Shown here: positions 24,986-37,480 of the stretch, in pieces
Layout of the letters: each line of letters opens with the position of its first letter
Position numbering within the stretch: position 1 is the first letter of the stretch
DNA from: Lama glama
Lineage: Eukaryota
NCBI GenBank assembly: GCA_028534125.1
Contig: CM052832.1
Coordinates: 11,410,001 to 11,473,637, forward strand
DNA: 63,637 bases
Direction of reading: 5' to 3'
Translations under genes and position numbers: made by a program
The notes under the pieces: generated by a model
Seen by the model: only the letters and a program-made list of their open reading frames with translations
What the model was told of the DNA's origin: nothing
Databases searched by the model: none

Positions 24986-26481
24986 AGAATCCTTCTCTCT
25001 GTAAGACATCCTAGATTCCTAGTTTATAGGTTAGAATTTCCTATAAAGACGAAGTTCCCAAAATAATTAAGTTGACTCTCTAGTCCCCAATCATTTATCA
25101 TCTGTTTGTTAGATGTTCACTTACAGAAATGTGGAGAGGAACAGTACAGGGGGTGGGCTGAGTGGGAAAGAGGACGGGGAGAGGGAATGTGTAAGAACAT
25201 TAAGAAAAGTCGGGAAGCATGAGTTTGGGGCGTGGGGGAGGGGAATGACAGGAGAGTAAAGAGTTGTCAAAAGTGGCTTCAGCGTGGCTGTATCTGGAGG
25301 TCTGGCCCCATAGGACCACATGGAAGTTGTCACTATGGTTGAAATTTCTCACTTTTCAATATTATAGTACAAGTTTGGTTCTGAGCCTGCCTTCGACTGA
25401 ACACTGTGCTTTGTGCTAGAATTAGAATCTGGTTAAACAGATCAAGTAATCCCGTTCTCTCTACACAGACCCATCTGCCTAGGATATTGGGAGGTTGAAA
25501 GTAAGGTCTGGTCAGCCCAAGCCAGGGGTCTGTCAGAAGCCTGCAGTTCTTAAGGTCATCCTCTGACTTGGCTAATGACAGCGGACTCGAACAGCATTGA
25601 CTTCTCTACTTGACAACTATACCAATTTTCATGCTGACAGATCTGGCTTTCTTGGAGCTGGAAAGTCGTCTTTGAGTAAGGAGTGGCGGGTGGCAGCAGA
25701 ACTCCAACTCGGTGCGTTAGCCACACAGCGCCAGTGTTTGCTTTGGACCAGATCCTGATGCTGACATTTCAGCAGCCTGGCTCCTGTCCCTGAGGAACTT
25801 ACTGAGATTGCAAAAGGGAGTTGATGCAGAAGGAGCAGTTTTCCATTTTTAGCGTCGTCCAGCTGCTGCCCCACAGAGGAGCTGGACATGGCCACGTGGG
25901 CTCTGCGTTCGTGCCTGCCCCTACGAAGCAGGCAAGGCACTGAAAACTCCAATTTGCAATCTTTATTTTGTGACCCTAATAGTTTAGCATGGTGACGGTT
26001 TTGGAAATCTGGTACAAAAGTTACACACTTGATTTAGCACCATAAATCAAAGTAGAATTCCTAAATTTGCTACTTTTCTGGAGGACCTTGAAAAAGTGGA
26101 GTTCCTGAAGCACAGGTCTGTATCAGCCCAGGCTTTGACTCATTTTAGTCACATAACAATTTAGCTAAATTTATACTCATCATCCTGGGGTCAATGTGAA
26201 AATGTTAATAATTGACCATTGTTAAGTGGCTTCTGTTGACTCTAGACATTGAGAGTAATGGGTAGTTTCTCCAGAAACAAGATTTTCGTATAGAAATAGA
26301 TCAGCTTACCCTGTGACCATCTCAGTCTGAAAATGGGGGGCTCACCTTTTTCTAAACTTCATTACCTCAGACGACTGTGAGCAGGAAGAAGAATGGTGTA
26401 GGGGCCTGGACTCTGCCATTTACAAGGAAAGAGGGAGTTTCTGGACCCTCAGAGGGTCCCTGTGAGTCTTAAATATGTTTA

Positions 26482-26530
<49 letters not shown>
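26482..26530. repeat. (TG)n(TA)n compound microsatellite
   Basis: Read directly. Confidence 0.95.
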
Positions 26531-26536
<6 letters not shown>

Positions 26537-27261
26537 GCATAAAATCGTGGCTGAGCAGACTAAGTACTCAAGAAATGTTAGCAGTATAATCAGCATCACT
26601 ATTATTGTGGGAGGCAATTAAGCCGTTTGAGCACGCAGTCTGGATGCAGAAGGCTCTGCCTCCCCGTTGATTTCCATCCATCCCGTGGTCATGTGGCAAA
26701 TGAAGTGTGATGTGATGGCGAAATCCGAGGGACTTTAGGTGGATCGCCTTCCGTAGATGGTAGATATCGAAGCCAAAATGTAATGGGTTGCGGGTTGTGT
26801 GGGATTTGAAGGCGCAGAGCAGGCAGCTTAGGGGTTTAAAATTAAGGGAAAGAAGAAAAATGGACTGGCATGCTGAGAGGAAGGTAGAATTCAAGAAGTA
26901 ATTTGTGATAGAGAAACTTTATGGCATGTCTAGCTCCAATTTTTCCCAGATCAGCGCAGCCCGAGGTGAAACAGCTCTCACTCCTACCTCTTATTCTGGG
27001 GTCCCCAGCTCCCTGAGCGTATCCCCCTCCGTTAATTGTAAGAGTCCACAGAGGGCATTTCACGTTTGCCTGGGATCAGGTCTCTCCCTCGCCTGTCTCG
27101 GCTGCAGTTCTCCTCTCTTGCTCGGCCTCTTTGGCGCCATCTGCTGCCCAGGCCAGGGGAGGAAGCCTCACCTCCTTCCCCTGGGGTCCATGTCCACAAG
27201 GCCCAGTGCCAGTGTCTGTGCCAGTGGAGTCTCCATTGCTCACTTTTTTCCCCCTCATTTT

Positions 27262-28114
27262 CTTTTTATTTATTTTGATTTATTCCCAAGCTTTATTGAG
27301 GTATAATTGACAAATAAAAATTGTGTATACTTAAGTTATCCAGTGTTATGTTTGATACATGTACATTGTGAAATGATTACCACAAATTAAAACATCCATC
27401 ACCGCACATCGTCACCTTTTGTATGTGTAGTGAGAACACTTAAGATGTACTGTCTTTGCACATTTCAAAAATGCAATACAGTATTATTAGCTAGAATCAC
27501 CATGCTGTATGTTATATCTCTAGATATCCAGGCTTTGACTCATTTTAGTCACATAACAATTTAGCTAAATTTATACTCATCATCCTCGTTCCTTCTGCAT
27601 AATTGAAATTTTGCACCCTTTGACCAGCATCTCCCCCACTCCCTAGCCCCTGGCAACCACATTCTAGTCTCTGCATTTGACTTTTTTAGGTTCCTTATTT
27701 GAGTGAGATCATGATGTATTTGTCTTTCTGTGACTGCATTATTTCACCTAGCATAATATCTACCAGGTTCATCAATGTTGTGGCAAATGACAATATTTCC
27801 CTGTTTTAAGGCTGAAAGATATTTCATTGTTTTCTCTCTCTCTCTTTCTCTCTCTCTCACTGTTGAAAGTATATATTTATATACTTTATATACCACATTT
27901 ACTTTATCCATTTATCCCCTGATGGACACTTGGGTTGTATCTATATCTTAGCTATTGTGAATAATGTTGCAATGAATGTGGAGGGTTAGCTATCCCCTCA
28001 AAATACTGATTTCCTTTCCTTTGGATATATATCCAAGAGTGGGATTGCTGGGTTATATATGGTTCTGTTTTTAATTTTTTGAAGAACCTCCATACTCTTT
28101 CGTAATGGTTGTAC
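27262..28114 (-). mobile_element. L1MA/L1MB-like L1 3' end carrying a 59-bp foreign insertion
   Basis: agctttattgaggtataattgacaaataaaaattgtgtata...cccctggcaaccacattct...gatggacacttgggttg...gggattgctgggttatatatggt. Confidence 0.9.
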
Positions 28115-31100
28115 ACCTATTGCTTCTTGAGGCTGCCCTTTCTTGCCTTTGGTGTGGCCCCTTAAAACTGGGAAAGGACAGGTTCTGGGCACCACTACCA
28201 GCACTGTTGAAATCTTGAGACCCTAGAAATTTGATTGGCACCCGTGTTGTTTAACAATTGTATCAGCTGGATACACAGGATATAACTAGCTTACCGAAAA
28301 TACAGATTCATACCACAATCTTAATTTTACAAACATTTACTGAGTGCAAAATACCAGACATTGTGCCAACTGCTGGAGATAAAGAGAAGAGGGAGCTGGT
28401 GGGGGTGTGTGGTGAGCCTGCCTGCCCTGCTCTTAGAGTGTAGAAGGCGGACAGGCAAATAATAAGAAAGTATGGTGATCATTCCAGACGAACAAAGTCT
28501 GAAGAGAGTATTTAACACAGGAAAGAAAAACCAAGGAGAACTATGCTGTTCTCAAGTATGTGGAAGGGTAACAAGTGAAAGGGTAACTCTTATTCCATGT
28601 CAGTTCAGCTCAAAAGCTGTGGCGCGTCTACCACGGGGAAGGCAGCCTTCCATCCAGCGCAGTTCTAGGGAAAGTCCGTAAACAAGGGGTTCTCATTTAT
28701 GCTAAATAGTCCACCCTCCTCTTTAAAGAATCATACTTTGCATCCATTTAGTAAAGGTCTAGAACCCTCCCTTCCCAATACAACTGTTTGTTTTGTTTAA
28801 CCCATCATTTTTCAGGCTTGTTTGATCACTGCACTGCCCCACCCCTCTTATATGCATAAAACCTTGAACAAAGTAGCCACTCACTGCTCTGTGTAGCAGG
28901 GAATGCTGGGACAAGGACTCATGGTGCCACTGAGGAAAGAGATACAAAGTACAAAGGTGACAGTCACTCTGCCCACTGTTAGAACGGTATCTCGGGTGGA
29001 TCGGGAGAACAGGGTGTCTCTGAGTTCTGCTTCCTTGTTGGTACCAAGTGCTTCCCCGCCATCCATTGCTCTCTCTTGCTGCTGCAGCTGCTAAACTTTG
29101 CGTGCCTTCCCCATCCCAGCGTCACAGAGACATGGAGAGCAAAGCCCAGACCCAGTCCTCCCAGACATCCCTTCACTCATGCCTTAGAAGACCTAGGACT
29201 CTGTGGAAACTGTTTTAATTACAGTAATTTGTCCGTGTTGTGGCTGTTTGGGAATGCAGTTATCTCATCGGCCGAAAATGCTGGTGACTAGCTTTGGAGC
29301 CACCACGAACACGGGGCGTGGAGCTGCGGGTGCAGATTTTTTCCACCTTTATTTCCTTTCTCTAAGCAAATTTCTTCTTCTTTCCACTTCTTCTGAGAAG
29401 CTCTCCTGATACAAAAAGTATGTTTGGAAGCTAGTTAAAGAAGGTCCTGGCAGTTACCCCGCCTGTGTAGAAAGTTACTGTGAATTCATCTTGTTTGTGT
29501 AGATTTTCTTATCTTTTATTGTTTACAAAGTCATAAGAGGGATTTCTTATAGATTTTAACTCTTTACCATTCAATCATGTTGATTTTTTCCCCCAAAAAA
29601 GGACCAGTGATTGAGAACAAGCAAATATCACAATATTTTTTTCTCTCCATCAATAAAATATCCCATTATTTTACATCTGGATAGTCTTTCTTTCAAAAAT
29701 TCACAGTTCTGAAAGTATTGATTTGCTTTCAAATTTAATATATGCTTTTGTTTGAATGATGTACTTCTCCATATTTCTTTAACAAATTACTTTTTTAAGT
29801 GTCTGCCCTTCCCTAGTGCTACAAAAATGCCTGTGATTATTTAACGTTTAAAAAAAACCCCAATATTTTCTTATTTGGTATTGGGCATCAATTTCTGTTA
29901 ATTTATCACTTACCTCACTGTAAACTTTTTATTTTAGAAATCTCTTAAGGAAGAGGCTGTATCTACTTCTTAATGTATAAGCATCCAAGTTTCTAAAACC
30001 GAGTAATGTCCCCAGGACTTAGTCAGTTGAGTGAGTGCGCACTCTTAAACTCACAAGGTAATATTAAATTCTTTTGAGTGCGTGGTGGTTACCAGGGACT
30101 ACCCAGAGTCACTCACCAGCTATCATCCTTACCTTCTAAGCTATGTATCAAGTCAATAATAAGCAGTGAACAAGAAAGAAAGCAGTAAGGATGGAAGAAT
30201 CCACATTCCACATTTACAGTCCCTAAAGGATTAAAGAGGAAGTGGGTTCTTTAGTGAGATTTTCCCAAGAATATCAAGAAAGTTCTTAATGTTCTTGGAA
30301 ACGGACAATATTCTTCATGCAGAGAGTTATGCAACAAGAGGTTTGGTGCCAGGAGTAGGGAAGATTTTGATGAAAGGTGCCAGGGCCTCACCAAACTGTG
30401 TGTAGAAAGATGACAAGAAGTTTCTTCAAGCCAGAAGGAGCTCCAGGTTGAGCTCTTACTGTGAGGCTGTGATAGGTTTCAGGAAAGGCCAGGGAATAGG
30501 CCAAAACAGCTGGTAAGAAGGATTGCTGTAAAATTTTGTACTAAGTGTAGTTTGTATAATTTGAGGGTGGCCATATGAGCAGGAAATACATTCTGTTTGG
30601 AAAATAGCCGATTTATTTAGTCCCTGGCTATCAGGGGTAAAGTGGTACACAAGCTATGCAGCATAAATCATCCAAAATCACAGACAATACCATGCCAAAG
30701 TTTCAACATCTCCACCCGTCAAGTCTTTTCTAGACCTACTAAAAAGGGAATCGGTGGAGTGGCTTGAATGCCTCTCCACTTCCTGATTCTGGCTAACATC
30801 ATCTCATGAGTATCAAAGGGAAACAGAGAAGGAAAGAATCTAACTCATGCCTTACAAATAAAAGGCCCTCAGAAAATTTTGTTGAATGCAGGAATGGAAT
30901 GACAAGAAAAAATTCTAGTCTTGACTCTGTCGTTAATTACATGACCTTGAGCAGGTCACCTAACCACTGTAGGGTTAATCATTCCACTGACCAATAAAAG
31001 CTCAATGTCCTCATCTATAAAATGAAGGGGTTGAACTTTCGGACCTCTGAGATCCCTTCCAGCTCTAAAATTCCAGAATATACAAGATTCTCGGAGTCAT

Positions 31101-31499
31101 TCAGGATTGATAGTGTTGGAACTAAGAATTCTACAGCCAGGAAAAGTATGTCCCCTGGGTTCTGTAGAAGCAAAAGAATGGGCACAAGGTTTTCATCACC
31201 ACTTTTCATTATCATCAGGCATTTAATGTAGGCCTCATGAATGCAAGACCCTGAGCTGCATGCTAGGCAAATTTATGCCCTATTCCTGCTCTAAAGGAGC
31301 TTATTTTCATTCATGAAGCTGTCAGTGTCATAGAGGAAGTAAGACCTAAGTTAATGGTTCAGATGTCAAGGAAAAGAAGAAATTAAATAGGACATTAAAT
31401 AGGACAGTTTCTGTGCATTGAGCTGTAATTTTTCCTATGAAAATCAAGATCCTGAAGAAAGCATTAAGTTTAAAGTCTAGGCTCTAAATCAGGTCTGGT

Positions 31500-32467
31500 G
31501 TGCTTCTTAGGACACTTCTTCCTGAGCACCAGACTTCTCCAGCTGAAGACCAATGGAAATAGATTACTTGCCCCCCAACAGATAATATACAACAGATATG
31601 CTGACCTTAACACCGAACTGAGATGCCGGCAGTAGATGCTCCCATTCACAGAGGGAGAGTAGGAGGCACACAACAGGCTCTGGGTCGTAGCAATTACAAA
31701 ATTACCCAGGCACGTAGTTCCAGGTCCTTCATTAGAACCCAGTCTGACTTCCTGTGAGTTGTTTTCTGTGGCTTTTGGCACTGACCTTGGTTCTAGTCTC
31801 TGGGCCATCCTTTTTTTCTATAAGAAGCAGCTTGTATTCGCAACGGAGCAATTTCTCTGCTTACTTCCTACCCTCAAAGGGTTGGGAGTACAAAGATTTT
31901 TTTTTATATTTTTGTGCTGTGCTCCTTTCAGCCCAGACTGATACAATTTCCTTTAAAACTTTATGGACTGCCTGCATATCAATTTATAATCCACTCCATT
32001 AGACTAAATCCACACCCATGAATCTCTTCAAGGTAAGTCCTTATCTTCCTTGGGCTCCCTGAGACTGCTGTGGGACAATGGCCTTAAAACCATGAGAAGC
32101 CCTATTACTTGACTATAAGGTTCTGTGAGGCTTGCCCTTAAGACCGACCCTTAGGAGAACTTTTGTCTGTCTAAAAGGGTCAAAGAGATACCTCTCTATG
32201 TCTTTATGAGGTCTTAACAAAAGATCTTACGGTCCCTCCCTGGATATCTTTTCCAGGAAGCTATTAATTCAAGAACCTTTTGCTGGCTGAAAAGACTCTT
32301 TTGGATCCTTTAAAATTCTTCCATCTACTGCTTAAAAAGTGACTAGCTTGTTCCTTAATTCATTGCTTTCCTCTCACTGTAATATAGGCAGCTGGAAGAA
32401 ACCAAGCAGCACCCTTAACATTATTCCTGGAGGTCTCCCTAGCTAAATCCTTGAGTTCATTAGGTAC
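31500..32467 (-). mobile_element. MLT1 (MaLR) internal sequence, minus-strand part
   Basis: The minus strand from 32467 reads gtacctaatgaactcaaggatttagctagggagacctccagg...gtgctgcttggtttcttccagctgccta, typical of MLT1 internal sequence. The left boundary is approximate. Confidence 0.65.
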
Positions 32468-33731
32468 TCAGGAAAACCCACACTGAATGATAACGGTAAT
32501 AACAACGGCATGAGTAATAATCACAGTGGTTTATTCAGCAGCTGCTACACAAACGTCAGGCTTTGTGCTGGCCACAGTACAGTCACCATCCCTAACCCTC
32601 ACCACAGTCTGCACACCCAGTGTGGTAGGTGGTGTTTTCCAAAGACGGCTGTAATTGTATCTCCCATCCCTCACATTCTTCTAGATTTTGGTCCCTTCAC
32701 CATCGAGAGGTGGAGTCTAATTTCCTTCTCCTCGAATCTGGGTGAACTTGTGATACATTTGTCACCAACGGAATGTGGCAGCAGTAATTCTGGATGGCTC
32801 CTGGGACTACATCGTAAAAGGTAATGCAGCTTCTGGCTTGTTAGCGGGAACACTGGCCCCTGAAGACTCCAATTGTTAAATAAGCAATCTGGCTGCTTGT
32901 ATGTTGGGAGCTGCTGCGTGGTGAGAAAGCCCACCCAGAGACCACACAAAGAGGTCTGAGACAGTGTGGAAAGAGATGCCCAGACAGCTCCCAACTTCTC
33001 CAGCACCGTCTCCCCACCATTCAAGCTCCTTCTACCATCTGCTGGAACTATGTGAGACTCCCTAAAGCAGAAAGACCCAGTCAAGCCTTCCCAAATCCCT
33101 GATCCAGAGAAACTGCCAGATAGTGAATTGATTGCTGATGTTTTAAGCCACTAAGTTTGAAATGATTTATTACTTAACAATAGCTGATGGTGTGTGTGGG
33201 TACCTTTGGTACCTACAATTAGGGATTCGCTATAAACAAAACCTGTAACATGTGGCATTGCCTTTGCGGCCAGGCAGCAGTAGGAAGCCAGAGGAGATTT
33301 AAAGAGTCTGCTAGTGACAGCCTAAAGAATGTTACAGGGTGTGTTAGCAGAAACCTTCAGGAGGCTTCATGGAAAGTGATGGAAATATTTGAGCTGGAGA
33401 AAAGGACACTCTTGTTATGTAGTCATAGGAAGTTTAGCAAAATTGTCACCAACAATAATATGAAAAGTGGAGACTTTTATAATTAGAGTCCACCTCTTGA
33501 TAGTGAGGGGATCAAATTCTAGAAAAGTTTGGGAGATGGGAAAGATTACTGCGGCTACCTTTGGAAGCTACCACCTACCATACTGGGTGTGCAGACTGTG
33601 GTGAGGGTTAGGAGTGGTGCCGTGCCCAGCACACAGCCTGACATTTGTGTAGCAGCTGCTGAATAAATCACTGTTCTATTACTCATGTCATTATTATTAC
33701 CCTTGTTATTTAGTGTGGGCTTTTTTCCTGA
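32468..33731. repeat. Inverted repeat: arms 32468-32722 and 33481-33731, spacer about 760 bp
   Basis: The right arm's reverse complement aligns along the whole left arm. Exact blocks include ttattcagcagctgctacacaaa and cctaaccctcaccacagtctgcacacccagt. Confidence 0.95.
32621..33475 (+). mobile_element. MLT1H-like LTR (~32621-33190) followed by the start of the MLT1 internal region (~33205-33475)
   Basis: LTR start tgtggtaggtggtgttttccaaaga...tctcccatccc; LTR end motif tgttttaagccactaagttt; internal start tttggtaccta...aaacc...catgtggcatt. Confidence 0.75.
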
Positions 33732-35799
33732 ATGTTGTCAGAATCTTCTCAGAGGAAGTGTTGTTTAAACCCTTTTTCTTGCCTCTTTATAGCTTTTATC
33801 ATTGCCTTTAACTGCTAGTAGAGTACTTACGTGGATAATTTTATGTCTTTGGAAAATCACAGAATATTAGAACTAAGGATAGCTTATTTATCCTGTTAAC
33901 CAGCCATTTTGCTTTAAAGATGACACACCCAAATCTTGGTGCAGCAAAGTCATGTTTTGCATTCACAGTCAGGCAAGCTATTGGTAACAGACATCAAACT
34001 CAAAAACCACTTGTTTGGATTCCCAAACTGGTACTCTTTCCCCCACAGCATTCGCACATCTCTCATCAGTAAAGGTGTGATAACTCATTTTCTCTCCTTT
34101 GGAATAAAAGTTTGTATGTTCCCTTATTTGATGTCTTCGCAACCCATTCGTGCTCATGTTGTCCCAGCGCCTCCTGTGCAGGGAATCAGAACGTTTCCTC
34201 GGAACAGACCAGGCTCCTGTGGACACGGTTGAGTGTTAGTGGGACTGCACCGCCATCAGGGAGGACAAAGAGGGAGCCCCTCCAAAGGAGAAAGTAATGT
34301 GTCGCTTCCCGTCCCTCTCGGCGTTTCTTGTCTGAAGCAAGAGTTCTGATGGCCAAACAGTCATTTTCACTGCTGTCGCTTTATTAGTATCTTTGGAAAG
34401 ATAATTCAGACCAAATTTGTCCTTTGAGTGTTCACATTTAACTTCCATTGAATTCAGTAAGGACTTTTACATATATCCAAGGGTGAAATTTGGCCAGAGG
34501 ATAAGAACAAAAATGTCATGGGGCAAATGCACCACCAGTGGTTCATTTCTGAATGTATTTTCCACCTTCTGCTTTGGGGACCGTTCCCTAGACTCTGTGC
34601 CGTGCTCTGGAACAGACCTTAAGTTTTCTTTTTGAAAGGACTGATAACAATATAGTCATAGTGCCTCTATGTTTGTATTAAGTAGTTTCGTAACAAGTCC
34701 AGTTTGCTCATTTATTAGACCTTTATCCTCCCATCCTCTTCTTGCATGACTGCCCCCAGCAGCTATGTTCTTGGTTCTATTACGCCAGCCACTGGGGGAA
34801 ATACTCCATCCCAGAGCAGTGTTGGTATTTGAAGGCGCTGAAATACTGCTACTCTTGTCAGTTATCAGCCTTTTTGGTTCTTCAGATTTCCTATTTGAGA
34901 TTTTTGCTCACATGCTAGTATTCTCCTTTTTCCACCCTAGCAACAGTAAAAATTAAATAACCCACAGTTATTTTAAAGATAACATGAATTACATAGGTCC
35001 CTGAAGACCTCACAGTTCCAGCTGGGATATCTCTCAAGTCCATTGCCATGACCATCCCTAATTTTTTAAACAGATACATGCAGTGAGCACCAATTTACAT
35101 GATTTGGGACAAAAACAATTTGGAAAATTGTTAATAGCTTTCCTTAAAAAAAAAAACAAACAAAAAAACCCTGAGCCTCAAAAAGGAAAAAAGTAAACCC
35201 ACAAAAGAAATCCAAATAGTCAAAGGCAATTTAGAAAACAAAGATTTTATATGAAATTTTAAAAAGTGGAAAATACTTTAAATCTATTTCTAAAAATGTA
35301 ACCACTTTAATTCAGATGAGGATATGGAAAATAGCTATATTTTAAAGAGCCTCAGATTTCAGATATTGGCCCTGCACTTATAATTGATGTCAGGGAGCAA
35401 GGTAGGGGCTGTCAGAGTCAGACATGAGGTGGCTGCTGTCAAGACTTTAGAAGGTAACATTGACTCAGTGAAATCATAAAGATCTGGTAGTCAGCTCTGC
35501 CATTCTAGGAACTTAATCTTATGATGCCTCCCAGAGTTAATGAAATTGATGGGGACTGATTCATGCAAACTAAACCCACAGAATACAGAGCTATAAATCA
35601 CATAATGTCACTCAACAAGAATAAACAATATTGTTTATGTTTGCCAAGCAAGCTGGAATTCTAATGTTTGGTTGGGGAATGGCTATTCGGACAGTCTTTC
35701 TCTAGTAGGAATGTTCACATGGTTTTATATATATATATATTTATTCAAATATTAAATATAAAAATATTATGCTTATTCAAATATATATATATATATATT

Positions 35800-36120
35800 T
35801 GCTTATTCAACAGGTATTTACCAAGTACCTACTCAGTGCCTAGCACTATGTAAGGCTCTAGGGAGTCATAGCCAAGTAAGACACAGTCCCTAAGCTCTTA
35901 GAGCCCACCACCTAGTAACAGGCAAGAGTAATACAGTCAGCTTTGAGCACATAGAGGGGAGACCTAACCCAGCCAACAGTGTCAAGGAAGGCTTCTGGGA
36001 GAAGTGGGCATCTTTGATGAGTCCTGCTGGGGGAATAGGAGTTGTTCATGAGGAGTGGTGGGGTTGGGCAAAGGGAACAAGTCCCAGGCAGAGGGAGCAG
36101 CATGTGCAGAAACCACAGGC
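35800..36120 (-). mobile_element. L2 3' fragment
   Basis: ttattcaacaggtatttaccaagtacctactcagtgcctagcact...tcaaggaaggcttctgggagaagtgg...cccaggcagagggagcagcatgtgca. Confidence 0.75.
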
Positions 36121-36764
36121 CAAATATATAAGCTGATTATTGAGTGTGGAATCAGCAAGGCAGTCAGATGGGAGATCTTAACACCCGCGTCATGAAGCTG
36201 GGGTGTTGGGGGGTCTCCGTCCTCCTCACTCTGTCTGCCAAGTAAACTGAACGTCAGAATTGGCTGATTTTGAGCACTGCCTCTCCTGGAGGACGCCCAC
36301 CCTCTGACAGTCTCCTCCTCAGTGCCCGTCCCTCCTCAGCCCACTGGTGTTGACTCATTTGTGGGTCAGGAAAGTAACTTACTGGGTCATAATGAGCCAT
36401 TTGAAAAGTTAAATAGAACAGAAACTATCAGTGTGTATTACACATATACGGACAGGTGTAGTTTTGTAAGATTTTATTTCAGACAGATGGATGGGTGGAT
36501 GGAGGGACATTAACAATAAATCTGAATAACGCCTTGTTTTACTACTAACATTGCTGGGCGCATGCACCCTATGTGACCACATTGTCACTAATCACTCACA
36601 AGTTCAGAGATTCCAGAAGTGATGTTGTATTAGGCACAGCCCCTGGGACTTCCAAAGTCTGGAGTCAAAGCAAAACTTAAGGGATTCTCTAGTGCGTCTG
36701 TATGTGTGTTTTCCGGAAGATGTACTTTTTCCTCTGTGTCTCAGTCAGAAAGTGTGAAGACACT

Positions 36765-37260
36765 GTTCTGGTCAACATAATATAATTGCATAACAAACTA
36801 TCCCAAAACTCAATGGTGTGAAGCAACAACCATATTATTATAGTTCATGGTTTTGTGACTCGGGAATTTAGACGGGTCAGCTGAGTGATGATCAGCTCCA
36901 TGTGACACTGAAAGGAGTTACCTGGTGTTAGCCAGCCGGGCGGGGCTGGGGTCCAAGGCAGCTCATCCACACGCCTGGAGCCCCGGAAGCTGGGCCGGAC
37001 CAAGCCACTCTCTCTCCATGTAGCCTCCGGGCCTCTCCACTTGGCCTTTCCAGCAGGGTAGTCAGACTGCTTATGTGGAAGTTCAGGGCTCCTGAGGAAA
37101 GAAATGGAAATTCTTCTTGAAAGCTAGCCCCAGAACTGGCCTAGTGTTACTTCTCTCATTCTTTATTGGTCAGGTCAGCTTTAGGCCAACCTGGGTGCAA
37201 GGGGAGGGTTGCAGAGTGCCCCCTCCATGGGAGGAATGTCAAAGTCTTTAATCTGCCACA
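36765..37260 (-). mobile_element. MLT1 (F/G/H-like) MaLR solo LTR
   Basis: tgcataacaaactatcccaaaactcaatggtgtgaagcaacaaccatt...tctctccatgtagcctcc...tttaatctgccaca. Confidence 0.75.
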
Positions 37261-37274
37261 AGCAGTGCTTTATA

Positions 37275-37480
37275 TTGTCTGGAGCTTGACTGTCTGGATT
37301 TGAATCCCACTGCCTAGCTGTGCAACCTCAGGCAAGTTACTTAATTTCTCTGTGCCTCAATTTTCTTACCTACAAAATAGGAATTATATACACTATCTTC
37401 CTCATAGGATTGTTGTGAAGACTCAATGACTTGCAAAATATGAAGCACTTAGACTTTTCTGGGCCTGGAGTAAGTACTAT
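37275..37480 (+). mobile_element. MIR SINE
   Basis: ctggatttgaatccc...ctagctgtgcaacctcaggcaagttacttaatttctctgtgcctcaattttcttacctacaaaatagg (MIR core). Confidence 0.85.

Noticed and set aside
32468..33731. Novel DNA transposon with 250-bp terminal inverted repeats
   Set aside because: The arms contain part of an MLT1 LTR plus flank, no TSD is visible, and the MLT1 internal sequence continues across the breakpoint on the other strand. Inversion with duplication explains it better.
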